Shown piece by piece: positions 53,798-64,000 of a DNA stretch of 64,000 bases. The stretch comes from an uncultured Alphaproteobacteria bacterium (GTDB taxonomy: Bacteria > Pseudomonadota > Alphaproteobacteria > Rhizobiales > Rhizobiaceae). Where the stretch lies: positions 637,736 to 701,735 of the forward strand of contig CAWFYS010000006.1 in the NCBI GenBank assembly GCA_963820075.1. Reading direction: 5' to 3'. Position 1 is the stretch's first letter; each line of letters begins with the position of its first letter. The translations under genes and the position numbers were made by a program. The notes beneath the pieces were generated by a model that ran no database searches, was not told where the DNA came from, and saw only the letters and a program-made list of their open reading frames with translations.

Positions 53798-54349
53798 TCA
53801 CCTGGCGGGCCAAAGCCAGGCATGCGCGGTCGACGCCAAAGCCGACCATACACCCCGAATGGCCGGCACCGGGTCGAGTTCGATGATGCCGACAGTTTCT
53901 CCGGCGTGGAAATTCAAATGCGCGTCGAACTTGGCCGCCAGGCTCCGCATGCGTGCGTTCTCCGGATGGGTCGTGACGCGCAGCCGAACATATCCCAGCG
54001 CGCGGGCATGGGTCAGCAGGCGCTCGAACAGCAGCGCCCCGATTCCGCGGCCCTGCAACGCAGGCTCGACGCTGAAGGCGATCTCGCCCGTCGGCTCGGC
54101 ATCGTCCGGGCAGTCGTGGAGTTCCGCCGCCCCGCGGACCCTGCCATCTTCCACATAGCCGATCACGGTCGTTCCGCGCGCGAAACAGCGCTCGGCGTAG
54201 GCGACGACATAGGCGTCGCCCAGCCCGCCATTGAAACGGTCGCGCCGGCTTGCCGGGTCGAGACGAAGCAGGTGATCGCGGAATTCACGCCGATCGGACG
54301 GTCGAAGCTGCCTAATTCTGCCTGGAAGGCGCTCGAATTGGCTTGCCAT
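53798..54349 (-). CDS. GNAT family N-acetyltransferase
   Basis: LRLDPASRRDRF, EIAFSV...QGRGIG (motif A), ENARMRSLA. Confidence 0.88.
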   Translation of the reverse strand: MASQFERLPGRIRQLRPSDRREFRDHLLRLDPASRRDRFNGGLGDAYVVAYAERCFARGTTVIGYVEDGRVRGAAELHDCPDDAEPTGEIAFSVEPALQGRGIGALLFERLLTHARALGYVRLRVTTHPENARMRSLAAKFDAHLNFHAGETVGIIELDPVPAIRGVWSALASTAHAWLWPAR

Positions 54350-54478
54350 GTCGTATCCCTCATGGGTTCCTCCCGTGAGTTGACGACTCCCGTCAGTAAT
54401 ATTGTGCGGCGCACCATCCGATGCAATAGTTCCATTCGGCTTGCTGCCATGTGCCTTGCGCATGGCAAGCGCAAAACA

Positions 54479-54493
54479 TGATTTCTAAAATCA
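54479..54493. promoter_or_regulatory. IRO (RirA) box upstream of rirA
   Basis: TGA-TTTCTAAAA-TCA = TGA-N9-TCA. Confidence 0.75.
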
Positions 54494-54511
54494 AGAAATG
54501 CCCCAGATCAG

Positions 54512-54528
54512 TCTGGAATTGTTCCAAA
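54512..54528. promoter_or_regulatory. ICE (Irr) box upstream of rirA
   Basis: TCTGGAA-TTG-TTCCAAA versus TTTRGAA-N3-TTCYAAA. Confidence 0.75.
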
Positions 54529-54573
54529 CTATGGGCCATATTCGGCCGACGAACCTCCGCGGAAGGAACGATC

Positions 54574-55038
54574 ATGCGGCTCACCCGCCAGACCAACTAT
54601 GCCATGCGCATTTTGATGTATTGCGCGGCCAACGAGGGCCGGCTGAGCCGTATCCCCGAGATCGCCGAGGCCTATTCAGTATCCGAGCTTTTCCTGTTCA
54701 AGATCCTCCAGCCCCTGGTCGAAAACCGTCTCGTCGAGACGGTGCGCGGCAGGAACGGCGGCGTCAGGCTCGGACGGCCCGCCGACAAGATCAACCTGTT
54801 CGACGTCGTACGTGTCACCGAAGAGAGCTTTGCCATGGCCGAGTGCTTCGAAAACGACGCGACCGAGTGTCCCTTGGTGGATAGCTGCACGCTGAACGCC
54901 GCGTTGCGCGAGGCGCTGAACGCCTTCTTCAGCGTGCTCGAACGCCATACGATCGAGGATCTGGTCAAATCGCGGCAAGACGTGCGCGCGCTGCTGGGAA
55001 TTGATGCGCTGGCAGCGGCCCGGGCGCCGGCGGCCTGA
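54574..55038 (+). CDS. rirA: Iron-responsive Rrf2 regulator RirA
   Basis: MRLTRQTNYAMRILMYC, RGRNGGVRL, ECFENDATECPLVDSC three-Cys cluster motif. Confidence 0.96.
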   Translation: MRLTRQTNYAMRILMYCAANEGRLSRIPEIAEAYSVSELFLFKILQPLVENRLVETVRGRNGGVRLGRPADKINLFDVVRVTEESFAMAECFENDATECPLVDSCTLNAALREALNAFFSVLERHTIEDLVKSRQDVRALLGIDALAAARAPAA

Positions 55039-55080
55039 TTCCCGTTCCGCGCCCGCTCCCGGCCGACAGTCCTGCCTGCT

Positions 55081-55873
55081 TCAGAGCGCCACCGACTGCG
55101 GCAGGACGAACGGTATTCCGCCCGCCGGCAGAACGCCTACCTTCAGGTCGCAGTCGAACACTTTCGCGATCAGCTGGTTCTCGAGCACTTCCTGGGCGAC
55201 CCGGACGCGGCAACCCGACCGTTCTTCATGACGAGGACACGATCGGCATACATGGCCGTCAGATTGAGGTCGTGCAGGATCGCCACCACGCCGCCGCCGC
55301 GGCGGGCGAAGTCGCGCGCAATATCCATGATTACAAGCTGGTGCTTGATGTCGAGGCTGGATACAGGTTCGTCGAGGAACAGATAGCGCGGGCGGCCCTC
55401 CAGCACAGGCGTCCAGACCTGGCAAAGCACGCGGGCAAGCTGCACGCGCTGCTGCTCGCCGCCGGAAAGCTCCTGATAGAACCGCCCGCCGAAGCCGGCC
55501 AGATCGACGCGCGCCAAAGCGCGCTCCGGCAAGCGCTCGCGCCTCGCCCGCGAGAGCGCCGGAGCGTCCGCCGAGCAGCCCGAGCCGCACCACCTCGTGC
55601 ACGGTGAAGGGGAAGGAAAGCTGTGTCGCCTGCGGCAGTACGGCGCGCAGCCCGGCGGCTTCGCGCTGCGGCATCGCGGAGACTTCGCGGCCGTTCAGCG
55701 CGATCCTTCCGCGATATGGCAGATCGCCGGACAAGCGCCTTCAGAAGGGTTGTTTTCCCGGAGCCGTTCGGGCCGACAATCGCAGCGACCTCTCCCGGCG
55801 AGGCGGTGAAGGCGGCGTCCTCCACGATCCGCTTGCCGCCAATCCAGACGCTCACATTGTTGGCTTCGATCAT
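55081..55873 (-). CDS. hmuV: Heme ABC transporter ATPase (three apparent indels near 55730, 55535, 55195)
   Basis: GPNGSGKTT, LPQATQLSFPF, LSGGEQQRVQLARVLCQ, LDEP and LHDLNL spread over three frames. Confidence 0.88.
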
Positions 55874-55884
55874 CGGGAATATCG

Positions 55885-56957
55885 CTACAAGTCGAGAATT
55901 CCGCGCTTTCTCAGCAGAATCCAGAGGAAAATGGGCCCGCCGGCGGCGGCGGTGATGATGCCGATGGGCAAGCTCGGCGGGCGCCACGACGGTGCGGCTG
56001 ACGGCGTCGGCAATCAGCAGGAGGCTGGCGCCGAGCAACGCCGCGCAAGGCAGAAGATATCTGTTGTCCGGGCCGATCAGCAGACGCAGCAGATGCGGCA
56101 CGACGATGCCGACAAAGGCGATGCCGCCGCTGACGGCAACCGCGGCGCCGGTCGCGGCCGAAACGACCAGGATCGCCACATGCTTCAGCCGCTGCACCGG
56201 CACGCCGAGATGGGCGGCCGCGGCCTCGCCCAGCGCCATGGCGTTCAGCCCCTGGGCCAGAAAAGGCGTTACGACGAGGGCTGCCAGCACGATCGGACCC
56301 GCGGCGAAAACCTTTGTCCAGGTCGCCCCGGCGAGAGAGCCGAGCGACCAGAAGGTCAGGTCGCGCAATTGCCGGTCATCCGCCACGAAGATCATGAGAC
56401 CGGTAAACGCCGTGGCCATCGCGCCGAGCGCGATGCCGGCAAGCAGCATGGTGGCTATGGAGGTCTGGCCGCGCCGGGTAGCGACCCGGTAAAGGACAAG
56501 GGTCACCGACAATCCGCCGAAAAACGCGGCGAGCGGCAGCGCGTAGATGCCGAGCGCGCCGGTCAAGGGCGACAGCACCGTCGCACCGAGCACGATGACC
56601 GACACCGCTCCTAGGCTGGCGCCGGCCGAGACGCCGACAATTCCGGGATCGGCGAGCGGATTGCGGAAAAGACCCTGCATGACGGCGCCCGAGATGGCGA
56701 GCGCCGACCCCACCAGAATGCCCAAAGCGACGCGCGGCAGGCGGATGTCGTAGATGATGATGCGGTCGCGCTCGGACAGGACCGCGTCGGCTCCGCTCGC
56801 ACGGAAGCCAGGATTTCAAGACCGCAAGGGCCGAGGCGTCCGATGCTCCGGAGGAAATGCCGAAGCCGGCCGTCAGCGCAAGCGCCACGCAGAGCAGCCC
56901 CAGGACGACCCTGGCGCGTCCCGACCTGTCGCCGGTCTCGCTCTTGGATTGGGCCAT
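55885..56957 (-). CDS. hmuU: Heme ABC transporter permease FecCD (apparent indels near 56800 and 55968)
   Basis: IRLPRV, QGLFRNPLADP, LGEAAAAHLG, FVGIVVPH, ELPIGII once frames are joined. Confidence 0.88.
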
Positions 56958-57000
56958 CGCCACGGGCGGCACCAACGATTGCGATGGACATCGGGCTGGA

Positions 57001-57908
57001 CTACTGCTTCGATCGCGTCGCCGTAAAGTGCGACGGCAAGTTCGCGGATGGCGCCAGCGGTGCGGGGACCGAAGCCCAGAAGATAGGAGCCGTTCATGCG
57101 CACAAACCGCCTGTCGACGCCCGCCGGCGTCGAACGAATCGCCGGGAAGCGCGAAGAGCTGCGCTTCGATGTCGGCATGATTGCCCTCGCCGCGATCCAT
57201 CATGAGGATAAGGTCGGGCGCGGCGGTAATGATCGATTCGTCAGAGAGCGGCCGGTAGCCGGCAAATCCTTCGATGGCATTCACGCCGCCTGCCAGTTTG
57301 ATTATTCCGTCGGCCGCCGTGCCGCTCCCGGAGCCCAGGATCTTGCCGTCCTGAAGGCCGAGAATGAACAGCACCCTCTTGCGGTCGGTTATCCCGGCGG
57401 TGAGCGCTTCGGCCGATTTCAGCTCCGCATCCACCTTTTCCGCCAGCCTTGCCGCTTTCTCCTCCGCGCCGATCGCCTTGCCGACAAGCGCGATCTTGCT
57501 CAGGATTCCTTCGTGCTCGAAATCGTCCGGAACTTCGATGTAGGGAATGCTGGTCTTCTTGAGAACGTCCACGGCTTCCTTGGGCCCGCTTCCCTTGAGC
57601 GCAAGGATCGCCGACGGCTTCACCGAAAGAACCCCTTCGGGCGAGAGCGCGCGCATGTAGCCCACATCCGGCAGGCGCAAGGCGGCGGGAGGATAGATGC
57701 TGGTCGAATCACGGGCGGTCAGCAGCTTCTCTTCGCCGAGAGCATAGATGATTTCGGTGATCGAGCCGCCCACCGCGACCAGCCGCGACGGATCGGGAAT
57801 AACGGAAACACCCTCTTCGGCACGGGACGCCCCGGCGCCGGCGCACAGAAGCATTACGCTGACAACAGTCGCGCGCAGTGACGAACCGCCGAAACTCGAA
57901 TATCTCAT
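57001..57908 (-). CDS. hmuT: Heme ABC transporter periplasmic binding protein (apparent indel near 57145; 3' end approximate)
   Basis: Signal peptide, GGSITEIIYALG, DSTS.YP, VGYMRALSPEG, LLGFGPRT in the shifted frame. Confidence 0.88.
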
Positions 57909-57918
57909 TTCAAATCTT

Positions 57919-58974
57919 TCACGCGGCGGTCGAGCAGGAAATGCGCGGCAGGTGCTCCGCGAGGAAGCGCCATTCCGGGCGCTCCCCCTGGCCCTCGTGG
58001 CGCTTGCCGAAGAACTGGATCACCATGCGCCCGGCCGAATCATATGCCTCGATCGAGGTGACATGGCCATCCTTGGTCGGCTTGCGAACGGCCCAGGTCT
58101 CATGAATATGGTCGAGCCTGAGATGCAGGTGGAAGGTTTCGTCAAGCACATTGATCCACGGCCCCATCGGCTTGATCGATCTGATCGGGCCTGAATGTAT
58201 CTGGATGCAGCCCCGGCTGCCGACGAAGCACATGATGGGAAGCGCATCCTGCGCGGCGAGGCTCATCATCGCAGCCAGCGCATCGCCGTCCAGCCGCCAT
58301 GCGAAATCGGGGCCGGCCAGGCGCATTGCGCGCCGACGGCTGACGCGCAGTTCGCGCAGCATGCCAAAGAACTGATGCGTATCGGTGAGTTTCGCCCACC
58401 GTTCGCGCAGCGCCTCCGCCGACACGGATTCGTCCTCGGTCTCGGCGCCTTGCGGATTGACGCGAACCTCGACCAATGGCGACTGATCAGTCGATTCGAG
58501 CGACGATACCAGTTTCTGGTAAGCGTAAAGGCTCGAGGCCGGCCTCAGATGAACTTTGTGAACTGCCTCCCCGGCCGCGTCGAAAAACTGCAGGCTACGG
58601 CGGATTTCATTGCCGTCCCGCTTTTCGACGGCAAATCCATGCGTCCAGATTTTCGGAAATATGCGCAGATCGATCTCCGAGCCCAGCACCATGGCGCTCT
58701 GCCCGCCGGTGACGACCTTTTCATAGACGCCGATCTTCTCGTGAACGGCGCTGTCGTTGCGCGTCAGCGCCATGACTTCGCCAAGCGCCTCCAGGCCGAT
58801 CAACAGGTCGTTCACGCGCGGCTCGACGCGAACCACCGTATCTCCGCAATGAGCGGCGATCAGTTCCGCCTCGGATATTCCGAGTTTAGTGGCAAGGTCA
58901 CGCTCGCGCGACTTCGGATTCACGACTACTTCGCGCCGGATCTGCTCCGGCGCCGGCTTCACATGCTGATTCAT
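57919..58974 (-). CDS. hmuS: Hemin-degrading/trafficking factor HemS/HmuS
   Basis: MALTRNDSAVHEKIG, SLQFFD..G.AVHK, DTHQFF, IQIHSG, QFFGKR. Confidence 0.95.
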   Translation of the reverse strand: MNQHVKPAPEQIRREVVVNPKSRERDLATKLGISEAELIAAHCGDTVVRVEPRVNDLLIGLEALGEVMALTRNDSAVHEKIGVYEKVVTGGQSAMVLGSEIDLRIFPKIWTHGFAVEKRDGNEIRRSLQFFDAAGEAVHKVHLRPASSLYAYQKLVSSLESTDQSPLVEVRVNPQGAETEDESVSAEALRERWAKLTDTHQFFGMLRELRVSRRRAMRLAGPDFAWRLDGDALAAMMSLAAQDALPIMCFVGSRGCIQIHSGPIRSIKPMGPWINVLDETFHLHLRLDHIHETWAVRKPTKDGHVTSIEAYDSAGRMVIQFFGKRHEGQGERPEWRFLAEHLPRISCSTAA

Positions 58975-58985
58975 TGCCGACTGCG

Positions 58986-59195
58986 TTACTTGTTGAGGAT
59001 GAGCTTACCCTGGCGGGTAATCTTCAGCCGGTAGAGCGAGCCGGCGTGATCGATACCGATCTCATGTTCACCCTGAAAGAGCGACTGACTGGTCAGCGTG
59101 CGGACGGCGGCCGGACGTTTGAATTCGGGGCGGGGCAACGATTCGTTGTCATAAGGGCGCGCTCGGAAAAAGCCATTCGGATTGTGCGTGTTCAT
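58986..59195 (-). CDS. hmuP: Hemin uptake regulator HemP/HmuP
   Basis: C-terminal LFQGEHEIGIDHAGSLYRLKITRQGKLILNK. Confidence 0.93.
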   Translation of the reverse strand: MNTHNPNGFFRARPYDNESLPRPEFKRPAAVRTLTSQSLFQGEHEIGIDHAGSLYRLKITRQGKLILNK

Positions 59196-59264
59196 CCTGG
59201 TCGACCCTCTCGATTTTATCGCGGCGGCGCCGGGGCTTGGCTCATCCAAGAGCCGGCTTGTTAT

Positions 59265-59283
59265 CTTGACTCACAATATCAAG
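59265..59283. promoter_or_regulatory. IRO (RirA) box between hmuP and the heme receptor gene
   Basis: CTTGA-CTCACAATA-TCAAG palindrome (TGA-N9-TCA). Confidence 0.8.
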
Positions 59284-59397
59284 TTTATTAGGAAGCGCAA
59301 TACCGGATAAATCGACACAAGATTTTAACGGGCAACACGAGGAATGCCAGCCAGCCCCACGCCAGCCCGCATTTGTCTGAATCAGGAGTTTGGGATC

Positions 59398-61625
59398 ATG
59401 GGGCTAGCGGGTTTGGGATCTGGCGATAGAGCGCGGGCGCGCCGCGTATGCAGGTCGTCGCTTTCGAGACGAATCGCGCTGTTGGCGGGGGTCGCGTCGC
59501 TGGCGCTGACCGGCACGTCGGCGTTGGCGCAAGAGCGGCCCGCGGCAGCGGGCACGCCGGCAACCGCGCAGGCCGCCCAGGCGGCCGGCACAGCGTCGAA
59601 CGCCGCGCCGAATACCGGCGCAACAGTGCTCGATCAGATTACAGTGGTGAGCAGAACCGGCGAGACGGCGATCGACACGCTCGCTTCGGTCAGCCATATC
59701 GACGAACAACAGATAGAGCGGCGCATGCCCGTGACGCCCGGCGATGTGTTTTTCGGGGTGCCCGGCATCACCGCGCAGACCGACGCCAAGCGCGCCGCGA
59801 CCAGCATCAACATACGCGGCCTCCAGGATTTCGGGCGCGTCGCCGTCATCGTTGACGGCGCCAGGCAGAACTTCCAGCGCACCGGCCACGGAACCCAATC
59901 CGTGTTCTTTCTCGACCCTGAACTGATCCAGGAGGTCGACGTGATTCGCGGGCCGGTCGCCAACACCTATGGTTCGGGCGCCATCGGCGGCGTGGTGTTC
60001 TACGAGACCAAGGACGCGGCCGATTTCCTGCGCGGCCGGCGAGACCTGGGCGGCATCCGCCACGGGCCGATATCGACACCAACGGCAGCGGCTGGACGAC
60101 CAGCGCGACAGGCGCCTACCGCTTCAACGAAGCGGCCGACGTTCTCGGCAACATCGTCTGGCGCGATTATGGCGACTACAAGGACGGCGACGGCGACAAG
60201 GTCAGCGGTACGGGCTTCGAGGTGCTGAGCGGCATGCTGAAGAGCACGGTGCAGCCGACTGAAAACAGTGAATTGAAGCTCGGCTGGGTCGGCGGCAAGA
60301 ATAGCTGGTCGGAGGGGCTCGACACTTATGACGTGGATGTCAAGCAGAACACCTTCACCGGCCGATACAATATCACCGACGACAACCGGAGCTGGCTGGA
60401 CCTGCATATCAACGCCTCGGCCAATCTGGCCTCGCTCGACCAGACCTACAATGTGAACGTCCCCCGTTTCAGTTCGGTCAACGGACAGCGCATCACCATT
60501 GCCAGCGGCGCCCAGGCGACGAATGATATCGACACTTACGGCATCGACCTCTGGAATACGTCGCGGTTCGAGACCGGCCAGATATCGCACGAGCTTACCT
60601 ATGGCGGCGACTGGGTGAGGGACGACGTGACGACGACGAGCCCGGAAGGCGGCGACGATCTGTTCACGCCATCCGGCAAGCGCAACCTGTCGGGCGCCTA
60701 TATCCAGGAGAAGCTCATCTGGGAGTGGCTGGAGGTGATCGGCGCGCTCCGCTACGACAGCTACAAGCTCGACGACCAGCAGGTCGAGGTTTCGGGAGAC
60801 AGGCTTTCGCCGCGCATCACGGTCGGTGTCTCGCCCTTCGAGAACATGGGTCTGGCCGGCCTGCAGGTCTACGGAACCTATGCGGAAGGCTATCGGTCGC
60901 CGTCCCTGTCGGAAACGCTGATCACGGGACTGCATCCGAACGGGGTGGTATTTCCATTCCTGCCCAACCCCTATCTTCGTCCGGAAACCGCCAAGACCTG
61001 GGAGTTCGGCGTCAATTACAGCCAGGACGGCATCATCCAGGCCGATGACAGCCTGCGGCTCAAGGCTGCCTATTTCAACAACGACATAGACGACTATATC
61101 GGCGGCACCACGATATCGGCCTTCAGCCGCACGCCCGGCTGTACGTACCAGCGTGGTCCGGGCAGAATTCCGGTATGCTTCCAGTATCAGAACTATGCCA
61201 GTGCCGAGATCAAGGGTTTCGAGCTGGAAGGCGTCTACGAAGCCGGCTGGGGCTTCGCCTCGCTGACGGCTTCCGTGATCGAAGGCCACACCATCTCCTA
61301 TCAGGGTGTGGAAGAAGACCTCGCCACCATCCCGTCCTCGCAAGTTACCGGGCAGCTCGGCTTCCGCTTCATGGAGGACAAGCTGACGGTCGGCGGCGAA
61401 GTCCAGTACAATGGCGCGCCGGCAGGCAATCCGATTGCCGAGGACTACACGCTGGTGAACGCCTTCGCCAGCTACCAGGCGACGGAGAACTTCCGGCTCG
61501 ACTTCCGCGCGGACAACATTTTCGACGTCAACTATGTCAATCCGCTGAACGGCACGACCGTGGAACCCCTCTACGAGCCCGGCGTGTCGCTGAAGCTGGC
61601 CGCCACCGTCCGCTTCGGAGGCTGA
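59398..61625 (+). CDS. TonB-dependent heme/hemoglobin receptor (ShmR/HmuR-like; two apparent +1 indels near 60034 and 60073)
   Basis: TonB box LDQITV, INIRGLQDFGRV, VIRGP...YGSGAIGG plug; YRSP/NPYL (FRAP/NPNL variants) flanking His; C-terminal VRF. Confidence 0.92.
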
Positions 61626-61627
61626 CC

Positions 61628-62071
61628 TTGGCGAAGTTCTCGAAGCCAGCATACGCGGCACTGGTCGCGGCGGCGCTCTTGCTCGCCGCGGGCAATGCGG
61701 CCGCCGAGGAGACAGCGCCAAAGCCTGCGCTTTCGCTGGAACTCAACGCCGTTCAGCAGTCGCAGAAAGGTTGCCGGCTCACTTTCGTGGTCGCCAACCG
61801 GCTCGGCGCGGACCTGTCGAAGGCGGCGTTTGAAATCGCCCTCTTCGATCCGGCCGGCGTCGTCGATACGCTGACCGTGCTGGATTTCAAGGAGTTGCCG
61901 GCGGAAAAGACCAAGGTCACGCGTTTCGACCTCCCGGGGCTGGACTGCTCGAATATCAGCCGCGTGCTGGTCAACCGTGCCACCGAATGCGCCGGTGAGG
62001 GCATCGAGCCGTCCGCCTGCATGCGGCAGCTCGCGCCAAGCACCAAATCGCAGATCGTCTTCGGAGTGTGA
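61628..62071 (+). CDS. Exported hypothetical protein with 4 Cys in the heme locus
   Basis: TTG start 2 nt after the receptor stop; signal peptide; LSLELN...GCRLTFVV.N...DC..ISRVLVN....C. Confidence 0.78.
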   Translation: MAKFSKPAYAALVAAALLLAAGNAAAEETAPKPALSLELNAVQQSQKGCRLTFVVANRLGADLSKAAFEIALFDPAGVVDTLTVLDFKELPAEKTKVTRFDLPGLDCSNISRVLVNRATECAGEGIEPSACMRQLAPSTKSQIVFGV

Positions 62072-62217
62072 TCGGCGGCACTGCCATATCCGTCGCCGGC
62101 GACGGCGATGCCGAGGCCAGGGTCGTCGGACCTCCTTATCCTGGCACCGGGAGGGTGTGCCTTCACAGCATGCCTTCCCTTTCCACGCTCAACCCAACTT
62201 TCCGCCGGAGTCATGTC

Positions 62218-62484
62218 TTGAACCTGCTTCCCCTGCATATGCTCGCCGCCGGCCGTGGTGACGGCCTGCATCCGAGGCTGCTTGAGTTGCTCGAACTTCG
62301 CGCGCGTTCGGCCGCGGCGCCGACCATCGCGGCACTTGCCTTGCATCGCGGCGACCCGCATATGCAGGCAGGCCCGCACCCGGCCGGCGATGCGGATCAA
62401 TTGGAATTGCCGGACAATGTCGTGCGCTTCGCGGCGCGGCCGGTGAAGCCCCGACTGTCATTCCGCTCGAAGGCGGTCTCGTGA
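62218..62484 (+). CDS. Hypothetical protein (start uncertain)
   Basis: GGAG RBS at 62207, out-of-frame ATG at 62213 or in-frame TTG at 62218; C-terminal LPDNVVRF. Confidence 0.45.
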   Translation: MNLLPLHMLAAGRGDGLHPRLLELLELRARSAAAPTIAALALHRGDPHMQAGPHPAGDADQLELPDNVVRFAARPVKPRLSFRSKAVS

Positions 62485-62506
62485 CGAAACTCTGAAAGGA
62501 ACTGCC

Positions 62507-62821
62507 ATGTATATCGCCATGAACCGCTTCAAGGTGCAGAAGGGCTCGGAGGAAGCCTTCGAGAACATCTGGAAGGGCCGTGATTCGAGGCTGCCGGAAA
62601 TGACGGGCTTCAAGGAATTCCACCTCCTGCGCGGAGCGGTCAACGAGGCCGAGGGCTATACACTGTTTGCGTCGCATACCGTCTGGGCGAGCCAGGACGA
62701 CTTCGTTGCCTGGACGAAATCGGAAAACTTCCGCGCCGCCCACCGCAATGCCGGAGACAACAAGCCGCTCTATCTCGGCCATCCCCAGTTCGAGGGATTT
62801 TCCGTCGTGGAAGGCGCGTAG
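62507..62821 (+). CDS. Antibiotic biosynthesis monooxygenase family protein (IsdG/HmuQ-like heme oxygenase)
   Basis: MYIAMNRF...W...F.AWTKSENFRAAH carrying the IsdG Asn/Trp/His residues. Confidence 0.88.
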   Translation: MYIAMNRFKVQKGSEEAFENIWKGRDSRLPEMTGFKEFHLLRGAVNEAEGYTLFASHTVWASQDDFVAWTKSENFRAAHRNAGDNKPLYLGHPQFEGFSVVEGA

Positions 62822-62848
62822 GCGCCTACGCAGCAGCCGAGAGGCTGC

Positions 62849-64000
62849 TCACCCCGCCCCGGCAAGCAGGCTGGCATTGCCGCCGGCAGCGGTCGTATCG
62901 ACGCAGACGGAACGTTCATGCGTATAGGCAGCGGGGTTGATGACCTCGCTGATCAACGGCACGATCGGGCCCGATCTTTCCGCCAGAACCCGCCGGACGA
63001 TGCGCACGGCTTCGGGCGTCCCTGAAAAGGCCACCGCGTCGACACTTAGCGCGCGCGATTCGACCGGATCCGGCCGCCCGTCGATCGCGGCGATCGGCAA
63101 TCCCTTTCCAAGCAGCGGCTGAAGCGCGGCCGGCGCGCCCGGCGCCACCGCCAGCACGGCATTGCCGGCCGCCAGCGCCTGGACAGCTTGCGCCAGCAGC
63201 GTCTCGCCGTCGGGGCCGAGGCAGAGCACGCGCCCGCGCGGGTGAAGGGTCAGCGTGTTGGCCTCGCCGGTCGGACCGGGCAGATCGACCGGCCCGAAAT
63301 CCGTCGCCGCCGCGGCCGAAATCGCATCCGCGCCCTTGCCCCGCAACAGCTTGCGCAGCACCGGAACGCGGTCGGCACGGGTCGACCAGCCACCCTCGGC
63401 CGGGTTCGGCAAAGAATCGGCCAGTTCCGTCGCCGTCACCTTGTGACCGGCGGCGAGTTCGGTCCCCGCCTCGGCGGACCGGCGAAAGCGCCTCAGATAG
63501 TGCGGTCCGCCCGCCTTCGGGCCGGTACCCGACAGGCCTTCGCCACCGAATGGCTGCGAACCGACCACCGCGCCGATCTGGTTGCGGTTGACGTAGATAT
63601 TGCCGACCCTGACGCCGTCGACGATATGCTGCACCCGTGCCTCGATGCGGGTGTGCAGACCGAAGGTCAGGCCGTAGCCCTTACGGTTTATCGAGGAAAT
63701 GACCTTGTCGATCTCGTCCGCGTCGAAGGTCGCGACATGCAGCACCGGACCAAAGATTTCCCTGCGAAGCTCCTCGATACCTGAAACCCGGAAAATGTGC
63801 GGGGCGACAAAGCGCCCCTCCGCCGGCGCCGGTAGCCTGGCGACCAGCCGGCCCTGCTGCTCCATGTCGGCGCAATAGGCAAGGATCGATTGGCGCGCCT
63901 CGTCGTCGATTACCGGTCCGACATCGGTCGAAATGGCCCACGGATCGCCGACGACCAGCGTCTTCAGCGCCCCTTCGAGCATTTCCAGAACCTTCTTCTC
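62849..64000 (-). CDS. putA: Bifunctional proline dehydrogenase/P5C dehydrogenase, 3' part
   Basis: EIFGPVLHV, YGLTFGLHTR, PFGGEGLSGTGPKAGGPHYL, DTTAAGGNASL. Confidence 0.96.
   Translation of the reverse strand, partial: EKKVLEMLEGALKTLVVGDPWAISTDVGPVIDDEARQSILAYCADMEQQGRLVARLPAPAEGRFVAPHIFRVSGIEELRREIFGPVLHVATFDADEIDKVISSINRKGYGLTFGLHTRIEARVQHIVDGVRVGNIYVNRNQIGAVVGSQPFGGEGLSGTGPKAGGPHYLRRFRRSAEAGTELAAGHKVTATELADSLPNPAEGGWSTRADRVPVLRKLLRGKGADAISAAAATDFGPVDLPGPTGEANTLTLHPRGRVLCLGPDGETLLAQAVQALAAGNAVLAVAPGAPAALQPLLGKGLPIAAIDGRPDPVESRALSVDAVAFSGTPEAVRIVRRVLAERSGPIVPLISEVINPAAYTHERSVCVDTTAAGGNASLLAGAG

Noticed and set aside
55331-57908. Apparent HmuT-HmuU and HmuU-HmuV fusion proteins in the ORF track
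   Set aside because: Artefacts of frameshifts that skip the real stop codons; each gene has its own start.

Overview
High-GC alphaproteobacterial chromosome segment (Rhizobiales, Mesorhizobium/Phyllobacteriaceae-like, judged from gene content and order). 1-36.8 kb is mostly conserved core: SDR (partial), mazG, dusB-ntrBC-ntrYX-trkA-dat-hfq-hflX, ispDF-cinA, tpiA-secG-[L,D-transpeptidase]-pyrG-eno-ftsB-pdhABC-hdeD-SGNH-lpdA-lipA-ratA and ppiD-trpDC-moaC-moeA. No kdsA lies between pyrG and eno. 37-55 kb is more accessory: an Omp2/RopA porin; a divergent sulfur locus (three small ORFs, including a 56-aa peptide ending WCGHW and a 50-aa membrane peptide, plus a degenerate LLM monooxygenase, opposite cystathionine beta-synthase/gamma-lyase with a riboswitch-like leader); form II coxSLM divergent from a FIST sensor and hybrid kinase with a LuxR regulator nearby; a low-GC glycosyltransferase-like gene; GNAT-phasin-MaoC; and four copies of a palindromic MITE/REP-like repeat (one of them at 5.0 kb). 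54.5-64 kb holds rirA, the hmuPSTUV/TonB-receptor heme uptake locus with RirA/Irr boxes, and the 3' part of putA. At least 12 single-base indels (including one in essential pyrG) most likely reflect sequencing error. The best candidates for undescribed biology are the 38.8-43.7 kb sulfur locus and the FIST/kinase/LuxR-cox module. All calls come from reading motifs by eye; no database searches were run.
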